Origin: Pirellulales bacterium
GTDB taxonomy: Bacteria; Planctomycetota; Planctomycetia; Pirellulales; UBA1268
Assembly: GCA_040877375.1 (NCBI GenBank)
Contig: JBBDNW010000177.1
Location: 1,609 to 65,608, forward strand
Length of the DNA: 64,000 nt
Reading direction: 5' to 3'
The translations under genes were made by a program, and so were the position numbers. Below are positions 9,660-19,715 of the stretch, piece by piece. Position 1 is the stretch's first letter, and every line of letters begins with the position of its first letter. Under the pieces are notes generated by a model. It was not told the DNA's origin, did no database searches, and saw nothing but the letters and a program-made list of their open reading frames with translations.

Positions 9660-12600
9660 ATGTCAGTGCCCGTCCTTCAACGCCAACGCCGAACCCCCGC
9701 CTTGCCGAGCGGCGGATACACGTGGGCGGCTCCCGTGATGCTCGCTGTCGTGCTCCTGGCTTCGATGCTCTTGGCTTCGATGCTCTTGGCTTCGATGCTC
9801 TTGGCTTCGATGCTCAAGTTGCACGCGGCCGACGATGCCGGGGAGCGACTCTTCGACAACGCAGCCGATTCCGCGGCCGACGACGACAACGGCGTGTTTC
9901 TGCCGGCTGATCGCGTCAAGGAGCGGCAGCTCGACCGGGCCAGGCGTCTCGTCGACGGGGACGGATGGACCGACGCGGCCGCGTTGATCGACGAGTTGCT
10001 CGCGGATGATCGCGATGCGTTCGTTCAGGGCGGCACGGTCGGGGCCACTCGACGCAGCATTCGCAGCGAGGCGACCCGGCTCTTGGAAGGTATGCCCCAG
10101 CAAGGCCGCGACGCGTATGCACTTCTCTGCCGAAGCCGCGCGGAGCGGGCGTTGGCGGAAGCCTTCGCTCGCGACGACTCCGCAGGCGTCGTCGCGGTGG
10201 CCCGCCGCTGGCTCAACACGCCGGCGGGTCGCAAGGCGGCGCTGGTGACGGCATTCGAGGCGCTCGAGGCGGGGGAGCCGCTCGAGGCGCTGGTGTGGAT
10301 TGAGCGACTCACGGGATTTGGCGACGCTCTCGCGCTCGAGCCGACGCTCGCGTTGATGCGGGCGGCGGCAGGCCGCCGAGCGGGTGACCCAGAGGCGGCC
10401 GACATGCTTCGGATTGCCCGACGACGTGCCGCCGGCCCCGTGCGGGTCGGTGGCCGGGACGTGTCGCTTTCCCAGGACGACGGCGGCGCCACCGACTGGC
10501 TCGGAGTATTCGATGGATCGGGCGTCGCTGCCCACCGCACTGAAGGCGACTGGCTGCAGCCCCGCGGCAATGCTGCTCGTAACGCGATTGTCGAGGCGAC
10601 CCGGCCCCTCCTGGTGCCGCGATACCGAGTGCCGCTGACGCGTCATCCGGAGGAGTCACGCCTGCTCGAGAAGCGTCGTCGGGGCATCGTCGTGGGCGGC
10701 GACTTCGCCATTCCCGCCGCGATCCCGCTAGCAATCGACGGCACCATCGTCACGCACACCCAGTTTGGCATCCTCGCGATCGACTTCGAGACGGGCAATC
10801 GGCTCTGGCTCCGCTCCTCGTTTGCCCCATCCGCCGCAGCGTCGGTCGGCGAAAGCGGACTGGAATCAGGATTGGCCCGCGTGTTCGACGATGCGACGAG
10901 CGGCTGCCTGTCGAGCGACGGCCGGCATATCTTCGCCGTTGAGAGCCACCCTGATGCCCTGACGCCGCCGGCGGCGGGAGTGCTCGAGGCCAGACTCGGT
11001 CGCGGCGACGGGGGTGGGTGGCGTGGCGGCAACACCCTCACGGCGTACGACGTCGCCGCGAGAGGAAACATCCGCTGGCGGCTGCCGGCGGCTGATGCGG
11101 GAGCAGCCCTGTCGATGTGGTACATGGCCGCGCCGCTCGTAGTGGGCGATGACCTGTTCGTGCTCGTCGAGGAGAGCGGTCAACTGCGGCTCGACGTGCT
11201 CGATGCAGCGTTGGGAACGGTGCGCTGGTCCCAGCCACTTGCCGATCTCGATGAGCGGCAGTCGGCAGCCGCCCCCGAGTCGTTCGGACGCCGCCTGGCC
11301 GGTTTGACCCCGGCGTTTGCCGCCGGCGTGCTCGTGTGTCCGCTGGGCGGTGGTGTCGTCGTCGCGGTCGACGTGGCGACCCGCACGCTGCTCTGGGCCC
11401 ATCACTATCCAGTTTCCACTGCCGTCGCTGAGATGCCGGCCGGCATGGGCCGTCTGGGGGCGGTCGCGGAGGGCAAGGAAGAGGAGGCGGCTTTCCGGCG
11501 GCACGATTCTCTGCCGGTGATCGCGGGCGGCCGCGTGCTGCTGGCGGCGTATGACTCGGAGGAGCTGATTTGTCTTGGACTCCGCGACGGCGCGTCGGTA
11601 TGGCGGGAGCCGGTTCGAGGTCGCTGGCATCTGGCCGGCGTCGTCGATGGCAGGGTCGTGATCGTCGGTCGCGACGGCGTCGAGGCGCGGGCGGCCGACT
11701 CCGGACTGCGGCTCTGGGAGCGGCCGCACCCGGCCGGCATCAAACCCAGCGGGCGCGGCATCCTCACCGCCACGAGCTATTTCCTGCCACTCGACTCGGC
11801 GGAAGTCGTGGAAGTCGCCGTCGCCGACGGCTCAGTAGTCTCGAGGCATGCCGCCCGCGGGGCCGTCGCCCCCGGCAACCTCGTCGCCCACCGGGGTGAG
11901 ATCATCTCCCGCGGGGTGGACGCGATCGACGTCTATCACCAGGCGAATCCGCTCGAGTCGAGGATCGAAACGGCGCTCCGCGACCGACCCGATGATGCGT
12001 GGGCATCTTATTGGAAGGGGCAGCTGCAACTCGACGGCGGCGACGTGGCTGCGGGGCTCGCGCGGTTGCGGCAGTCGGCCGGCACCGCGGCCATTCGCGT
12101 GCCACCCGGGGCCATCGCCGATGCGATTGTCTATGGCATGCGTCGCGACTTCCCGGAGGCGGCCCGCCGTTGGGCGGAGTGGCCGGAGCCCATCGCAGCG
12201 GCGAGTGAAGTGGTTCGCGTGGTAGTCGACGGCTTTCTGGCTCGCGGTGACTTGAGAGCCGCCTGGCAGGCCTGCCAGGGGGTGCTGCGAACCGACGACG
12301 GGCCGCAGCCTTTGGAACTCCTCACTGATCAATCTGATCCGCAACTCGAAGTGCATCCCGATCGGTGGGTTCGAGGTCGGCTCGCCGAACTGGCGGCCCG
12401 CGCCCCCGAGCCGCTTCGGGAAGAGATCGCCGCCGACTTGCGGCAGCTGGTGGCGGAAGCCGCCGCCGAGCCCGCGGGCTCGAGGCAGCTCCGCAGGCTG
12501 CAGACCATCGTCGATCGGCTGGGCGGCCATGCGGTCGCGGGCGTTGCCCGGGAGGCGTTGCTCGCCGCGATCGATCGTCGGGCCGTCGCTGAGGGCGACC

Positions 12601-14303
12601 TCCCACGCAGCCTGGAGTTGCGGCGGGAGTTCGTGCGGTTCAACTCCGACCGCCCCCGGCCCAACAGCCTGCCGCCCGACAGCCCGGATGCGCCGGCATG
12701 GCCGCTGGGCCTGGTCGCGGTGCGCAATCCGCGGGGTGAACGGACGCACGCAACGGACGGTATCGGCAGCCAGATCGTGTCGTTGCCACTGGTCGGCTCG
12801 AGTGCACCGGTCATCGACGGCATCGCCGTCAGATACGACATGCAGCAGCGGCGGCTGCTGGTCTCCGATGGTTTTGGTCGCCGTCTCACCGAACCACTGC
12901 CGATCGACGGCGCGAGATTGACCGCCGGCGTGCCTTGGCTCGGCCAGTCAGTCTTCATCGAGCCGTCGGTCGTAGGCCGGCTGTTGTTTGTGCGGAGCGA
13001 CCGGGCCCTCGTGGCCTTCGACATCGGCGCGGCCGCCGGCGAGGGCCGCATGATCTGGCGGCATTCCCTGCGACAGGAACGGGGCCGGAATCTGGCGATC
13101 GTGCGTCCTGCGGTCGGTGCAAGCGGACGGGTGGCCCGCGACGGCGGCGTGCCCCTGGGCCGGAGGATCACCGAACCCGACGACCTTGCCGGACCCGTGT
13201 CGGTGCAGGGAGCGGCTGCTCGTGCCTGCGGCGTGCTCGTGCCCGATGGCCACATGGTGACGCTGCTCGATCCGGTGTCGGGGCACGTGCTCTGGGAGCG
13301 CCGGGGTCTGCCCGGCGTGTCGGACTGGATCTGCGACGACGAGTTCGCATGCGGTTGCACCGTGAATGGTCGCGGCTCGGTGGTGCTTTCCATGAACGAC
13401 GGCCGGCTGGCCCATTCAGTCGATCTCCCCCATCGCCGCCAGCGGCTCGGCTCGCACGGTCGACGCATCGTGGCGATCACGCCGCTCGACGAGGGACCCA
13501 TCGCCGAGCGGGTCAGGCTCGACCTCATCGACACCATCGACCGCGAGGCACGGCCGATCGGAGAGTTCGTCGGCACGGCCCGAGCCGCGCCGGTTGGTGG
13601 CGACCATCTCGCCGTGGTCGAACCGGGAGGTGAGTTCACGGTGTTCGACCTTGCCGCCGGCGGCGTTGCCATTCGCTGCCGGTTGCCGGGCATGATGAGC
13701 CATCCTCAAACGCTGGTCGTGACGCCCTGGAACGATCGGTATCTCGTGATCGTCGGCGGCGGCAACAGTCCCCCGGGCCTGCCCGATGACGAGGCTGCCG
13801 GCGAGACGGTTTTTCCCCTCCAAGAACTGCTCATGTCCGGCGGCCCGACGGCGGCCACGGCGTGCTCCGTGTGGGCGGTGGGACGGACCGACGGTCGGCT
13901 CCTCTGGCCGGTGCCGGCGACGATCGCGCGGCACAGCCTGCCCGTCGCGCAGCCGGCCGCACTGCCGGTGCTGCTGTTCTGCCGACAGATGGCCGCGGCC
14001 GGCACTGGAAAGCAGCACGTCAGCCTCTTGTGTCTCGACAAGCGGACGGGCCATGCCATCCTCGACGAGACTCGGCTCGATGTGCAGCAACACATGTTTG
14101 TCGGCTGTGAACTGGTCGGCAGCCCCGAGGACCACACCATCACGATCCGGGGCGTTAACCAGACGACCCGACCGGTCGTCCTCGAGTTTACTGGCGAGCC
14201 GGTAGCGCCGATGCCGCCGTTTCAGGCGCAGGCCTGGCCGCCGTCGTCGCGTCGCGGCATGGAGGGCCTGGAGCAGTCGCAACTGGCCGATCCAGATCGA
14301 TGA
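9660..14303 (+). CDS. giant membrane-anchored protein with two PQQ-like (BamB-like) beta-propeller regions and helical linkers
   Basis: Start taken at ATG 9660 (MSVPVLQRQRR...), followed by a hydrophobic anchor. The signature xxAxDxxTGxxxW recurs: LAIDFETGNRLW, LDVLDAALGTVRW, VVAVDVATRTLLW, LICLGLRDGASVW, ARAADSGLRLW, VTLLDPVSGHVLW. Confidence 0.8.
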   Translation: MSVPVLQRQRRTPALPSGGYTWAAPVMLAVVLLASMLLASMLLASMLLASMLKLHAADDAGERLFDNAADSAADDDNGVFLPADRVKERQLDRARRLVDGDGWTDAAALIDELLADDRDAFVQGGTVGATRRSIRSEATRLLEGMPQQGRDAYALLCRSRAERALAEAFARDDSAGVVAVARRWLNTPAGRKAALVTAFEALEAGEPLEALVWIERLTGFGDALALEPTLALMRAAAGRRAGDPEAADMLRIARRRAAGPVRVGGRDVSLSQDDGGATDWLGVFDGSGVAAHRTEGDWLQPRGNAARNAIVEATRPLLVPRYRVPLTRHPEESRLLEKRRRGIVVGGDFAIPAAIPLAIDGTIVTHTQFGILAIDFETGNRLWLRSSFAPSAAASVGESGLESGLARVFDDATSGCLSSDGRHIFAVESHPDALTPPAAGVLEARLGRGDGGGWRGGNTLTAYDVAARGNIRWRLPAADAGAALSMWYMAAPLVVGDDLFVLVEESGQLRLDVLDAALGTVRWSQPLADLDERQSAAAPESFGRRLAGLTPAFAAGVLVCPLGGGVVVAVDVATRTLLWAHHYPVSTAVAEMPAGMGRLGAVAEGKEEEAAFRRHDSLPVIAGGRVLLAAYDSEELICLGLRDGASVWREPVRGRWHLAGVVDGRVVIVGRDGVEARAADSGLRLWERPHPAGIKPSGRGILTATSYFLPLDSAEVVEVAVADGSVVSRHAARGAVAPGNLVAHRGEIISRGVDAIDVYHQANPLESRIETALRDRPDDAWASYWKGQLQLDGGDVAAGLARLRQSAGTAAIRVPPGAIADAIVYGMRRDFPEAARRWAEWPEPIAAASEVVRVVVDGFLARGDLRAAWQACQGVLRTDDGPQPLELLTDQSDPQLEVHPDRWVRGRLAELAARAPEPLREEIAADLRQLVAEAAAEPAGSRQLRRLQTIVDRLGGHAVAGVAREALLAAIDRRAVAEGDLPRSLELRREFVRFNSDRPRPNSLPPDSPDAPAWPLGLVAVRNPRGERTHATDGIGSQIVSLPLVGSSAPVIDGIAVRYDMQQRRLLVSDGFGRRLTEPLPIDGARLTAGVPWLGQSVFIEPSVVGRLLFVRSDRALVAFDIGAAAGEGRMIWRHSLRQERGRNLAIVRPAVGASGRVARDGGVPLGRRITEPDDLAGPVSVQGAAARACGVLVPDGHMVTLLDPVSGHVLWERRGLPGVSDWICDDEFACGCTVNGRGSVVLSMNDGRLAHSVDLPHRRQRLGSHGRRIVAITPLDEGPIAERVRLDLIDTIDREARPIGEFVGTARAAPVGGDHLAVVEPGGEFTVFDLAAGGVAIRCRLPGMMSHPQTLVVTPWNDRYLVIVGGGNSPPGLPDDEAAGETVFPLQELLMSGGPTAATACSVWAVGRTDGRLLWPVPATIARHSLPVAQPAALPVLLFCRQMAAAGTGKQHVSLLCLDKRTGHAILDETRLDVQQHMFVGCELVGSPEDHTITIRGVNQTTRPVVLEFTGEPVAPMPPFQAQAWPPSSRRGMEGLEQSQLADPDR
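9753..9812 (+). repeat. in-frame 15-bp x4 tandem repeat (LLASM)4 inside the signal-anchor
   Basis: The sequence ctcYtggcttcgatg is repeated four times head to tail. Confidence 0.95.
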
Positions 14304-14329
14304 ATCGGTTTCCGGCATAGAATGCCCGG

Positions 14330-15415
14330 ATGACCAAACACGACGCCGCGACTCCGAATGGCCGTCCTCATCGCTCCATCGGAGTGAGTGCGTGGGTCGT
14401 CGGATGTGCGTGCGCGGCGGTCGTCGTTTCGGGTGGCCGCTGTGCCGCCGAGGAGCCCGCGCGGCACCGCGTCGATGAGATCGTGGCGCAGGGGCTCGAC
14501 TGGCTCGAGGCGAAGCAGTCGCGCCGCGGCAGTTGGGCCGCCAACGAGGGCCGCTATCCGACGGCGATGACGGCCTTGGCCGGCACAGCGCTGTTGATGG
14601 AGGGCTCGACGACGTCGCAGGGCCCCCACGCCGAGGCGATCCGCCTGGCCGTCGACTATCTCGCCAGCCGTTCGCGGCCCAACGGGCTGATCGGCGATCC
14701 CAAGACGGACGACCGCTACACCTATGGTCACGGCTTCTCGATGCTCTTCCTGTCGCAGGTGCTCGGCGAGGAGGAGGATGAGCGGCGGCGCGATGAACTC
14801 GTGCAGGTGCTCACGAAGGCGGTGGTCTTCTCCGGCCGGGCCCAGACCAAGGATGGCGGCTGGGGCTATGTCAGTGCGAAGGACGGCCACGACTTCGACG
14901 AGGGCTCGACCACGATCACGCAGGTGCAGGGGTTGCGCGGGTGCCGCAACGCTGGCATTCCCGTGCCCCGCGAGATCATCGACAAGGCGATCAGCTACAT
15001 CCACGCCTGCACCCTGCCCGACGGCGGCGTGCAATACAGTTCCAAGGGGGGCGGCGGCCGGCCCGCGATCTCGGCGGCCGCGATCGCCTCGCTCTTCAAC
15101 GCCGGCGAAGAGGACGACACCCACGTGCCCCGCATGCTCGACTACGCGAAGCGACACCTCGGCAACATCGCCAACAACAGCTTCGGCCATTGGCACTATG
15201 CCCACTTCTACTACGCGCAGGTGATGTATCGAGAGGGGGACCCCACGTGGGAGTCGTACCGCGGGCAGGTGGAAAAGCGGCTGGTCTCCGAGGCACAGAA
15301 AGACCGCGACGGCGTGTTCTGGCCGCAGGGGTACATTGGCAACGTCTATACCACCGCCACTAATCTCGTGATCCTGCAACTCGACAAGGGTTCGCTCCCG
15401 ATCTATCAGCGGTGA
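14330..15415 (+). CDS. exported prenyltransferase/squalene-cyclase-repeat (alpha-alpha toroid) protein
   Basis: Signal peptide present. Repeated QxxxGxW-like units ([29 protein letters not shown]) are typical of terpene cyclase/prenyltransferase repeats. Confidence 0.75.
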   Translation: MTKHDAATPNGRPHRSIGVSAWVVGCACAAVVVSGGRCAAEEPARHRVDEIVAQGLDWLEAKQSRRGSWAANEGRYPTAMTALAGTALLMEGSTTSQGPHAEAIRLAVDYLASRSRPNGLIGDPKTDDRYTYGHGFSMLFLSQVLGEEEDERRRDELVQVLTKAVVFSGRAQTKDGGWGYVSAKDGHDFDEGSTTITQVQGLRGCRNAGIPVPREIIDKAISYIHACTLPDGGVQYSSKGGGGRPAISAAAIASLFNAGEEDDTHVPRMLDYAKRHLGNIANNSFGHWHYAHFYYAQVMYREGDPTWESYRGQVEKRLVSEAQKDRDGVFWPQGYIGNVYTTATNLVILQLDKGSLPIYQR

Positions 15416-15470
15416 CCCGCCCCCCGCCAGCCGCCGCCGAGCCCGAACCACTCCCGGAGAATCGTCCCGC

Positions 15471-16511
15471 ATGAGTCATCCCGTTGTTTCCGCCGTCGAT
15501 CGGCTGCACGAGGCGCACGCCCGCATCCTCGAACAGTTGTCGAGGGTCATCGTCGGGCAGCGGGAGGTGATCGACGAACTTCTCATCAGCCTGTTCAGCC
15601 GCGGACATTGCCTGCTCGAGGGCGTGCCCGGGCTCGCCAAGACGCTGCTCGTCAGCACGCTTGCCCGGAGTCTCGACCTCTCCTTCAGCCGCATTCAGTT
15701 TACGCCCGATCTCATGCCGGCCGACATCATCGGCACCGACGTGCTGGAGGAGGATCGTGTCACCGGCATGCGACAGCCGCGGTTTCTCGAGGGGCCGCTG
15801 TTTGCCAACGTGGTGCTCGCCGACGAGATCAACCGCACGCCCCCGAAGACGCAGGCCGCGCTGTTGGAGGCGATGCAGGAGCGGCAGGTGAGCGTGGGAC
15901 GCGTGCAGCACGCGCTTGTCGACCCGTTCTTCGTGCTCGCCACCCAGAATCCGATCGAGCAGGAAGGGACCTACCCGCTTCCCGAGGCGCAGCAAGACCG
16001 GTTCATGTTCAAGGTGTTCGTCCGCTATCCGTCGTTCGCCGACGAGTTTGAGATCGCCCGCCGCACCACCGGGCTGCCGACCGAGGAGCCGCAGCCCGTG
16101 CTGTCGGCCGCCGACATCATCGCGCTGCAGCGGAGCGTCCGCGAGGTGCCGGTGAGCGACCATCTCGTCCGCTACGCGCTGGCGATCGTGCGGCAGACGC
16201 GCACCGGCGAGAAGGGAGTGCCCGACTTCGTATCGGACCAGCTCGTGTGGGGCGCGGGGCCGCGGGCCGTGCAGTTCCTCGTCGTGGGCGCGAAGGCCCG
16301 AGCTCTGCTGCAGGGCCGTGCCCACGTCGCCGCCGAAGACATTCAAGCGCTCGCGGCACCGGTGCTCCGGCACCGCATCGTGGTCGGCTTCGCGGCCGAG
16401 AGCGAGGGCGTGACGTCCGACGCGATCATCGGGCGGATCATCGAGTGCACCCCTGCCAGAGAGGACGAGCTGTCGCGTGACCCGCGTTTCCAGACGATAT
16501 TTGCGTCCTGA
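15471..16511 (+). CDS. moxR: MoxR-family AAA+ ATPase
   Basis: Walker A-like [11 protein letters not shown], Walker [24 protein letters not shown] and [20 protein letters not shown] form the canonical MoxR signature. Confidence 0.95.
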   Translation: MSHPVVSAVDRLHEAHARILEQLSRVIVGQREVIDELLISLFSRGHCLLEGVPGLAKTLLVSTLARSLDLSFSRIQFTPDLMPADIIGTDVLEEDRVTGMRQPRFLEGPLFANVVLADEINRTPPKTQAALLEAMQERQVSVGRVQHALVDPFFVLATQNPIEQEGTYPLPEAQQDRFMFKVFVRYPSFADEFEIARRTTGLPTEEPQPVLSAADIIALQRSVREVPVSDHLVRYALAIVRQTRTGEKGVPDFVSDQLVWGAGPRAVQFLVVGAKARALLQGRAHVAAEDIQALAAPVLRHRIVVGFAAESEGVTSDAIIGRIIECTPAREDELSRDPRFQTIFAS

Positions 16512-17394
16512 GGCGATCGCCCGCATCCACCGGCTCGAGCTCCGCGCCCGGGCGGTGGTCGAGGGCGTGCTGGCCGGCCTCCACAAGAGCCCGTTCAAGG
16601 GGCAGTCGGTGGAGTTCTTGCAGCACCGTGAATATGTCCGTGGCGACGACCTTCGCCGGGTCGACTGGAAGGTCTGGGGCCGGCAGGACCGGCTGTACGT
16701 CAAGGAGTATGAGGAGGAGACGAACCTGCGGCTGACCCTGCTCGTCGACGGCTCCACGAGCATGGACTACTCCGGCGCAGCGACGGCCGGCACGACGCGG
16801 CCCACGAAGTTTGAGTGTGCTGCGACGCTCGCCGCGAGCCTCGCCTGGCTCGCGCTCTCGCATGGCGACGCGGTGGGCTGCGGTGTGTTTGACGACCGGC
16901 TGCGGGCCAGCGTGCCGGCGCGGACGAAGCGGTCGCAGTTGACGGGTGTCTGCGAGGTGCTCGAGACGCCCCGCAACGCCGGGGCCGGCGACTTTCTTCG
17001 CGTGCTGCGGGCCGCCGCCGAGACGCTGCCCAAGCGGGGCATGGTGATCGTGATCTCCGACCTCCTCGGTGACCGAGACGGCATCTTCAAGGGATTGCAG
17101 CTCCTCCGGACGCGCGGGCACGACCTGGCGCTGTTGCACGTCATGGACGACGACGAGCTCGACTTTCCCTTCGAGGGGCCGACGCGATTCGAGGGGCTCG
17201 AACTCCCCGCGCACCTTGCCTGCAACCCGCGGGCGCTCCGCGCTGGATATCTGGAGGCGATCGACGGCTTTCTCGCCGATGTCCGCACGCGGGCCACGGC
17301 GATTCGCTGCGATGAGGCGCTGGTTCGCACGGGTGAGCCCGTGGACGCGGCGCTCGTGCGTTTTCTGTCGCGTCGTGCGAGCGCGGCCGTCTAG
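16477..17394 (+). CDS. DUF58 protein (MoxR partner)
   Basis: Hallmark [33 protein letters not shown]. Sits directly after moxR. Start uncertain: GTG 16477 overlaps moxR by 35 nt; TTG 16501 is an alternative. Confidence 0.9.
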   Translation: MTRVSRRYLRPEAIARIHRLELRARAVVEGVLAGLHKSPFKGQSVEFLQHREYVRGDDLRRVDWKVWGRQDRLYVKEYEEETNLRLTLLVDGSTSMDYSGAATAGTTRPTKFECAATLAASLAWLALSHGDAVGCGVFDDRLRASVPARTKRSQLTGVCEVLETPRNAGAGDFLRVLRAAAETLPKRGMVIVISDLLGDRDGIFKGLQLLRTRGHDLALLHVMDDDELDFPFEGPTRFEGLELPAHLACNPRALRAGYLEAIDGFLADVRTRATAIRCDEALVRTGEPVDAALVRFLSRRASAAV

Positions 17395-17411
17395 CCAGAG
17401 CGGAGTGAGCC

Positions 17412-19700
17412 ATGCCGACCTTCGACTTCGCGCCGCTGCTCTGGTGGGGCCTGCCTCTCGTGGCGGTTCCGGTGGCGATCCATCTCATCAACCTTCTGCG
17501 TCACAAGCGGGTGCCGTGGGCCGCGATGGAGTTTCTCGTCGCCAGTCAACGGAAGTATCGAACACGCGTGCTTCTGCGGCAGTTACTTCTCCTCGCCCTG
17601 CGGACGGCGGCCGTGGCAGGGTTTGTGCTCGCGCTGGCGCAGCCGCGCTGGCAACAGGCGATTGGCGGCCTCCTGGGCGGCACCGCGGCGAGCCACGTGG
17701 TCGTCCTCGACGACAGTTATTCGATGGGAGACCAGACGGGTGGTGCAGCCGTAGGAGAGGCCGTGACGGACGCGGCGGAAGGCGACACGCGGCCGGCCAC
17801 CGCGTTTGACCGCGGTCGGCGGGTGGTCGAGCGGATCGCCACGGAGCTCGCGGCGACGACCGGCCGACAGGAGTTGGCCGTGGGGCTCACTTCGGCGCTT
17901 GCCGTCGCGCCCGCCGGAGCCGGGCCGCCGCGGCTGCTCGTGCCGCGGCAGCCGCTCACGCCCGCCGCGGTGCAGTCGGTGCGGGATGCGGTGGCGCAGG
18001 CCCGCGTCTCGGCTGGCAGCGCGGGCCCGTGCGAGGCGTTGGCGACGGCTGCCACGGCCTGCGCGGCCGACGGAGCCGGGGACCGCGTGTTGTGGATCAT
18101 CAGCGACTTTCGCTCCCGTGACTGGTTACGCGCGGAGGAAACCATGGCGACGCTGCGCCGGCTCGCCGCCGATGGCGTGGCGATCCGATTTATCGACTGC
18201 GCCGCCGAGGCGGCCGGCCGGGGCAATCTCGCGATTGAGCGGCTGGAGGTGGTGGGAGGCGTGCCGGCCGCCGGCGTGCTTCTGCCGGTCGAGGTCGAGG
18301 TCCGCAACGACTCTGCCGTGCCGGTACAAGACGTGATGGTCGAGCTTCGCGAGGACGGCGGGGGCCGTCCCGGGGTTCGCATCGACGAGATCCCGGCGGG
18401 CGGCACCGCGGTCCGCCGCTTCGACGTGCGGTTCGCGTCGCCCGGGGGCCATCCGCTCGAGGCAGCGCTGCCGGCCGACGTGCTGCCAGTCGACGACGTC
18501 CGCCGGGCCGTGGTCGAGGTCGTCGATCGCGTCGATGTGCTCGTCATCGATGGCGATCCGCGGGCGGGAGGCGCGGCGGGCGATGCCTTTTACGTCGCGA
18601 CGGCGCTGGCGCCCGGCTCCGGCGCGCCGACGGGCCTGCGGCCGCAGATCAAGTCTCCCCGAGCGCTCGCGACGGCCGACCTCGCGAAGTTCGACGTTGT
18701 CTGGGTGCTCGACGTCGAGCGGCTGGAGGCTGGGGAGATTCTAACGCTCGAGGCCTATGCCCGCGGCGGAGGCGGTGTCGTTTTCTTCTGCGGGCCGCGG
18801 ACCCAGGCGGAGACAGTCAACACGACGCTGTATCGGGGGGGCGTCGGGCTGTTTCCAGTTCCGCTGGCCGGGCCGGTCGATCTCCTCCCCGGCACGGCGG
18901 CGACGCCAGTGCCCGATCTCGTGGTGGAGGACCACCCCGTGGTTGCGGTGCTTTCGGGGCAGCGAAATCCGCTCGTCGATGCGGTGCGGGTTGATCGCGC
19001 CATGACGGTGGAGCGCGGGCATGATCCCGCGGAGCACGGCGTCCGCCGCGTGCTGTCGTTGCGCACCGGGCAGCCGCTCGTGGTCGAGAGGCCATTCGGC
19101 GACGGGCTCATCGTCGCGGTGCTGACCACCGCGGGGCCTACCTGGAACAACTGGGCCCGCGGCAACCCCAGTTGGGTCGTCGTGCTCCTCGAAATGGAAA
19201 GTTATCTGGCGCGGATAAGGAGGCGGGCTGAAACGCTCGCCATCGGTGATCCCATCGCTGTGCGACTCGAATCGGGTATCGATGAGGTCGATGTCGACTT
19301 CCTGGTGCCCCCGGCCGGCGACGTCGTGCGGCAGTCGGCAGCGGTCGCGGAGGGGCAACTGCTCGAGGCACGGCTGCCGGCCGCGCTGGTGGCCGGCGTC
19401 TATGAGGCCCGTTGGCGGAGGGTTGACGGCACCGAGCGACAGCGATTGATCGCGGTCAACGTCGACCCTGCCGAGGGCCGGCTCGAGCGGATCGGTCGCG
19501 AGCGTCTCGACCGCGCTGCCGGTGGCCTACCCTACCGTCTCGACCATGCCGAGACGTTTGCGGCGGCGGCGGGCGGTCTTGGCGGCACGTCGCTGGTGAT
19601 GCCGCTGCTCGCGGCGCTCGTCGTCGTTCTCCTGCTCGAGCAGGCGGTCGCCTATGCGGCCGGATATCATCCCGTCTCCCGCCGAGCGGCGGCGACCTGA
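17412..19700 (+). CDS. BatA-like membrane protein: N-terminal double-TM (aerotolerance-regulator N-terminal) domain plus vWA-like domain
   Basis: FAPLLWWGLPLVAVPVAIHLINLLRHKRVPWAAMEFL is the BatA-type N-terminus. VVVLDDSYSMGD is a MIDAS DxSxS motif. A C-terminal TM helix is present. Confidence 0.8.
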   Translation: MPTFDFAPLLWWGLPLVAVPVAIHLINLLRHKRVPWAAMEFLVASQRKYRTRVLLRQLLLLALRTAAVAGFVLALAQPRWQQAIGGLLGGTAASHVVVLDDSYSMGDQTGGAAVGEAVTDAAEGDTRPATAFDRGRRVVERIATELAATTGRQELAVGLTSALAVAPAGAGPPRLLVPRQPLTPAAVQSVRDAVAQARVSAGSAGPCEALATAATACAADGAGDRVLWIISDFRSRDWLRAEETMATLRRLAADGVAIRFIDCAAEAAGRGNLAIERLEVVGGVPAAGVLLPVEVEVRNDSAVPVQDVMVELREDGGGRPGVRIDEIPAGGTAVRRFDVRFASPGGHPLEAALPADVLPVDDVRRAVVEVVDRVDVLVIDGDPRAGGAAGDAFYVATALAPGSGAPTGLRPQIKSPRALATADLAKFDVVWVLDVERLEAGEILTLEAYARGGGGVVFFCGPRTQAETVNTTLYRGGVGLFPVPLAGPVDLLPGTAATPVPDLVVEDHPVVAVLSGQRNPLVDAVRVDRAMTVERGHDPAEHGVRRVLSLRTGQPLVVERPFGDGLIVAVLTTAGPTWNNWARGNPSWVVVLLEMESYLARIRRRAETLAIGDPIAVRLESGIDEVDVDFLVPPAGDVVRQSAAVAEGQLLEARLPAALVAGVYEARWRRVDGTERQRLIAVNVDPAEGRLERIGRERLDRAAGGLPYRLDHAETFAAAAGGLGGTSLVMPLLAALVVVLLLEQAVAYAAGYHPVSRRAAAT

Positions 19701-19715
19701 AGCCGCCTGCACGTC

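Noticed and set aside
9753-9812. Possible CRISPR array, based on the tandem repeats at 9753-9812 and 59086-59150.
   Set aside because: The units are 15 bp and 9 bp, directly abutting with no spacers, and they are in frame inside coding sequence. No cas genes are present.
12329-13693. Long ORFs antisense to or out of frame with the called genes, for example 12329..13693 (-, 454 aa), 21746..23113 (-, 455 aa), 25800..27548 (-, 582 aa), 14222..15472 (-) and 15360..16763 (-).
   Set aside because: Their products are Arg/Pro/Ala/Ser-rich with no motifs, and they lie opposite ORFs with clear family signatures. Stop-poor alternative frames are expected at this GC content.
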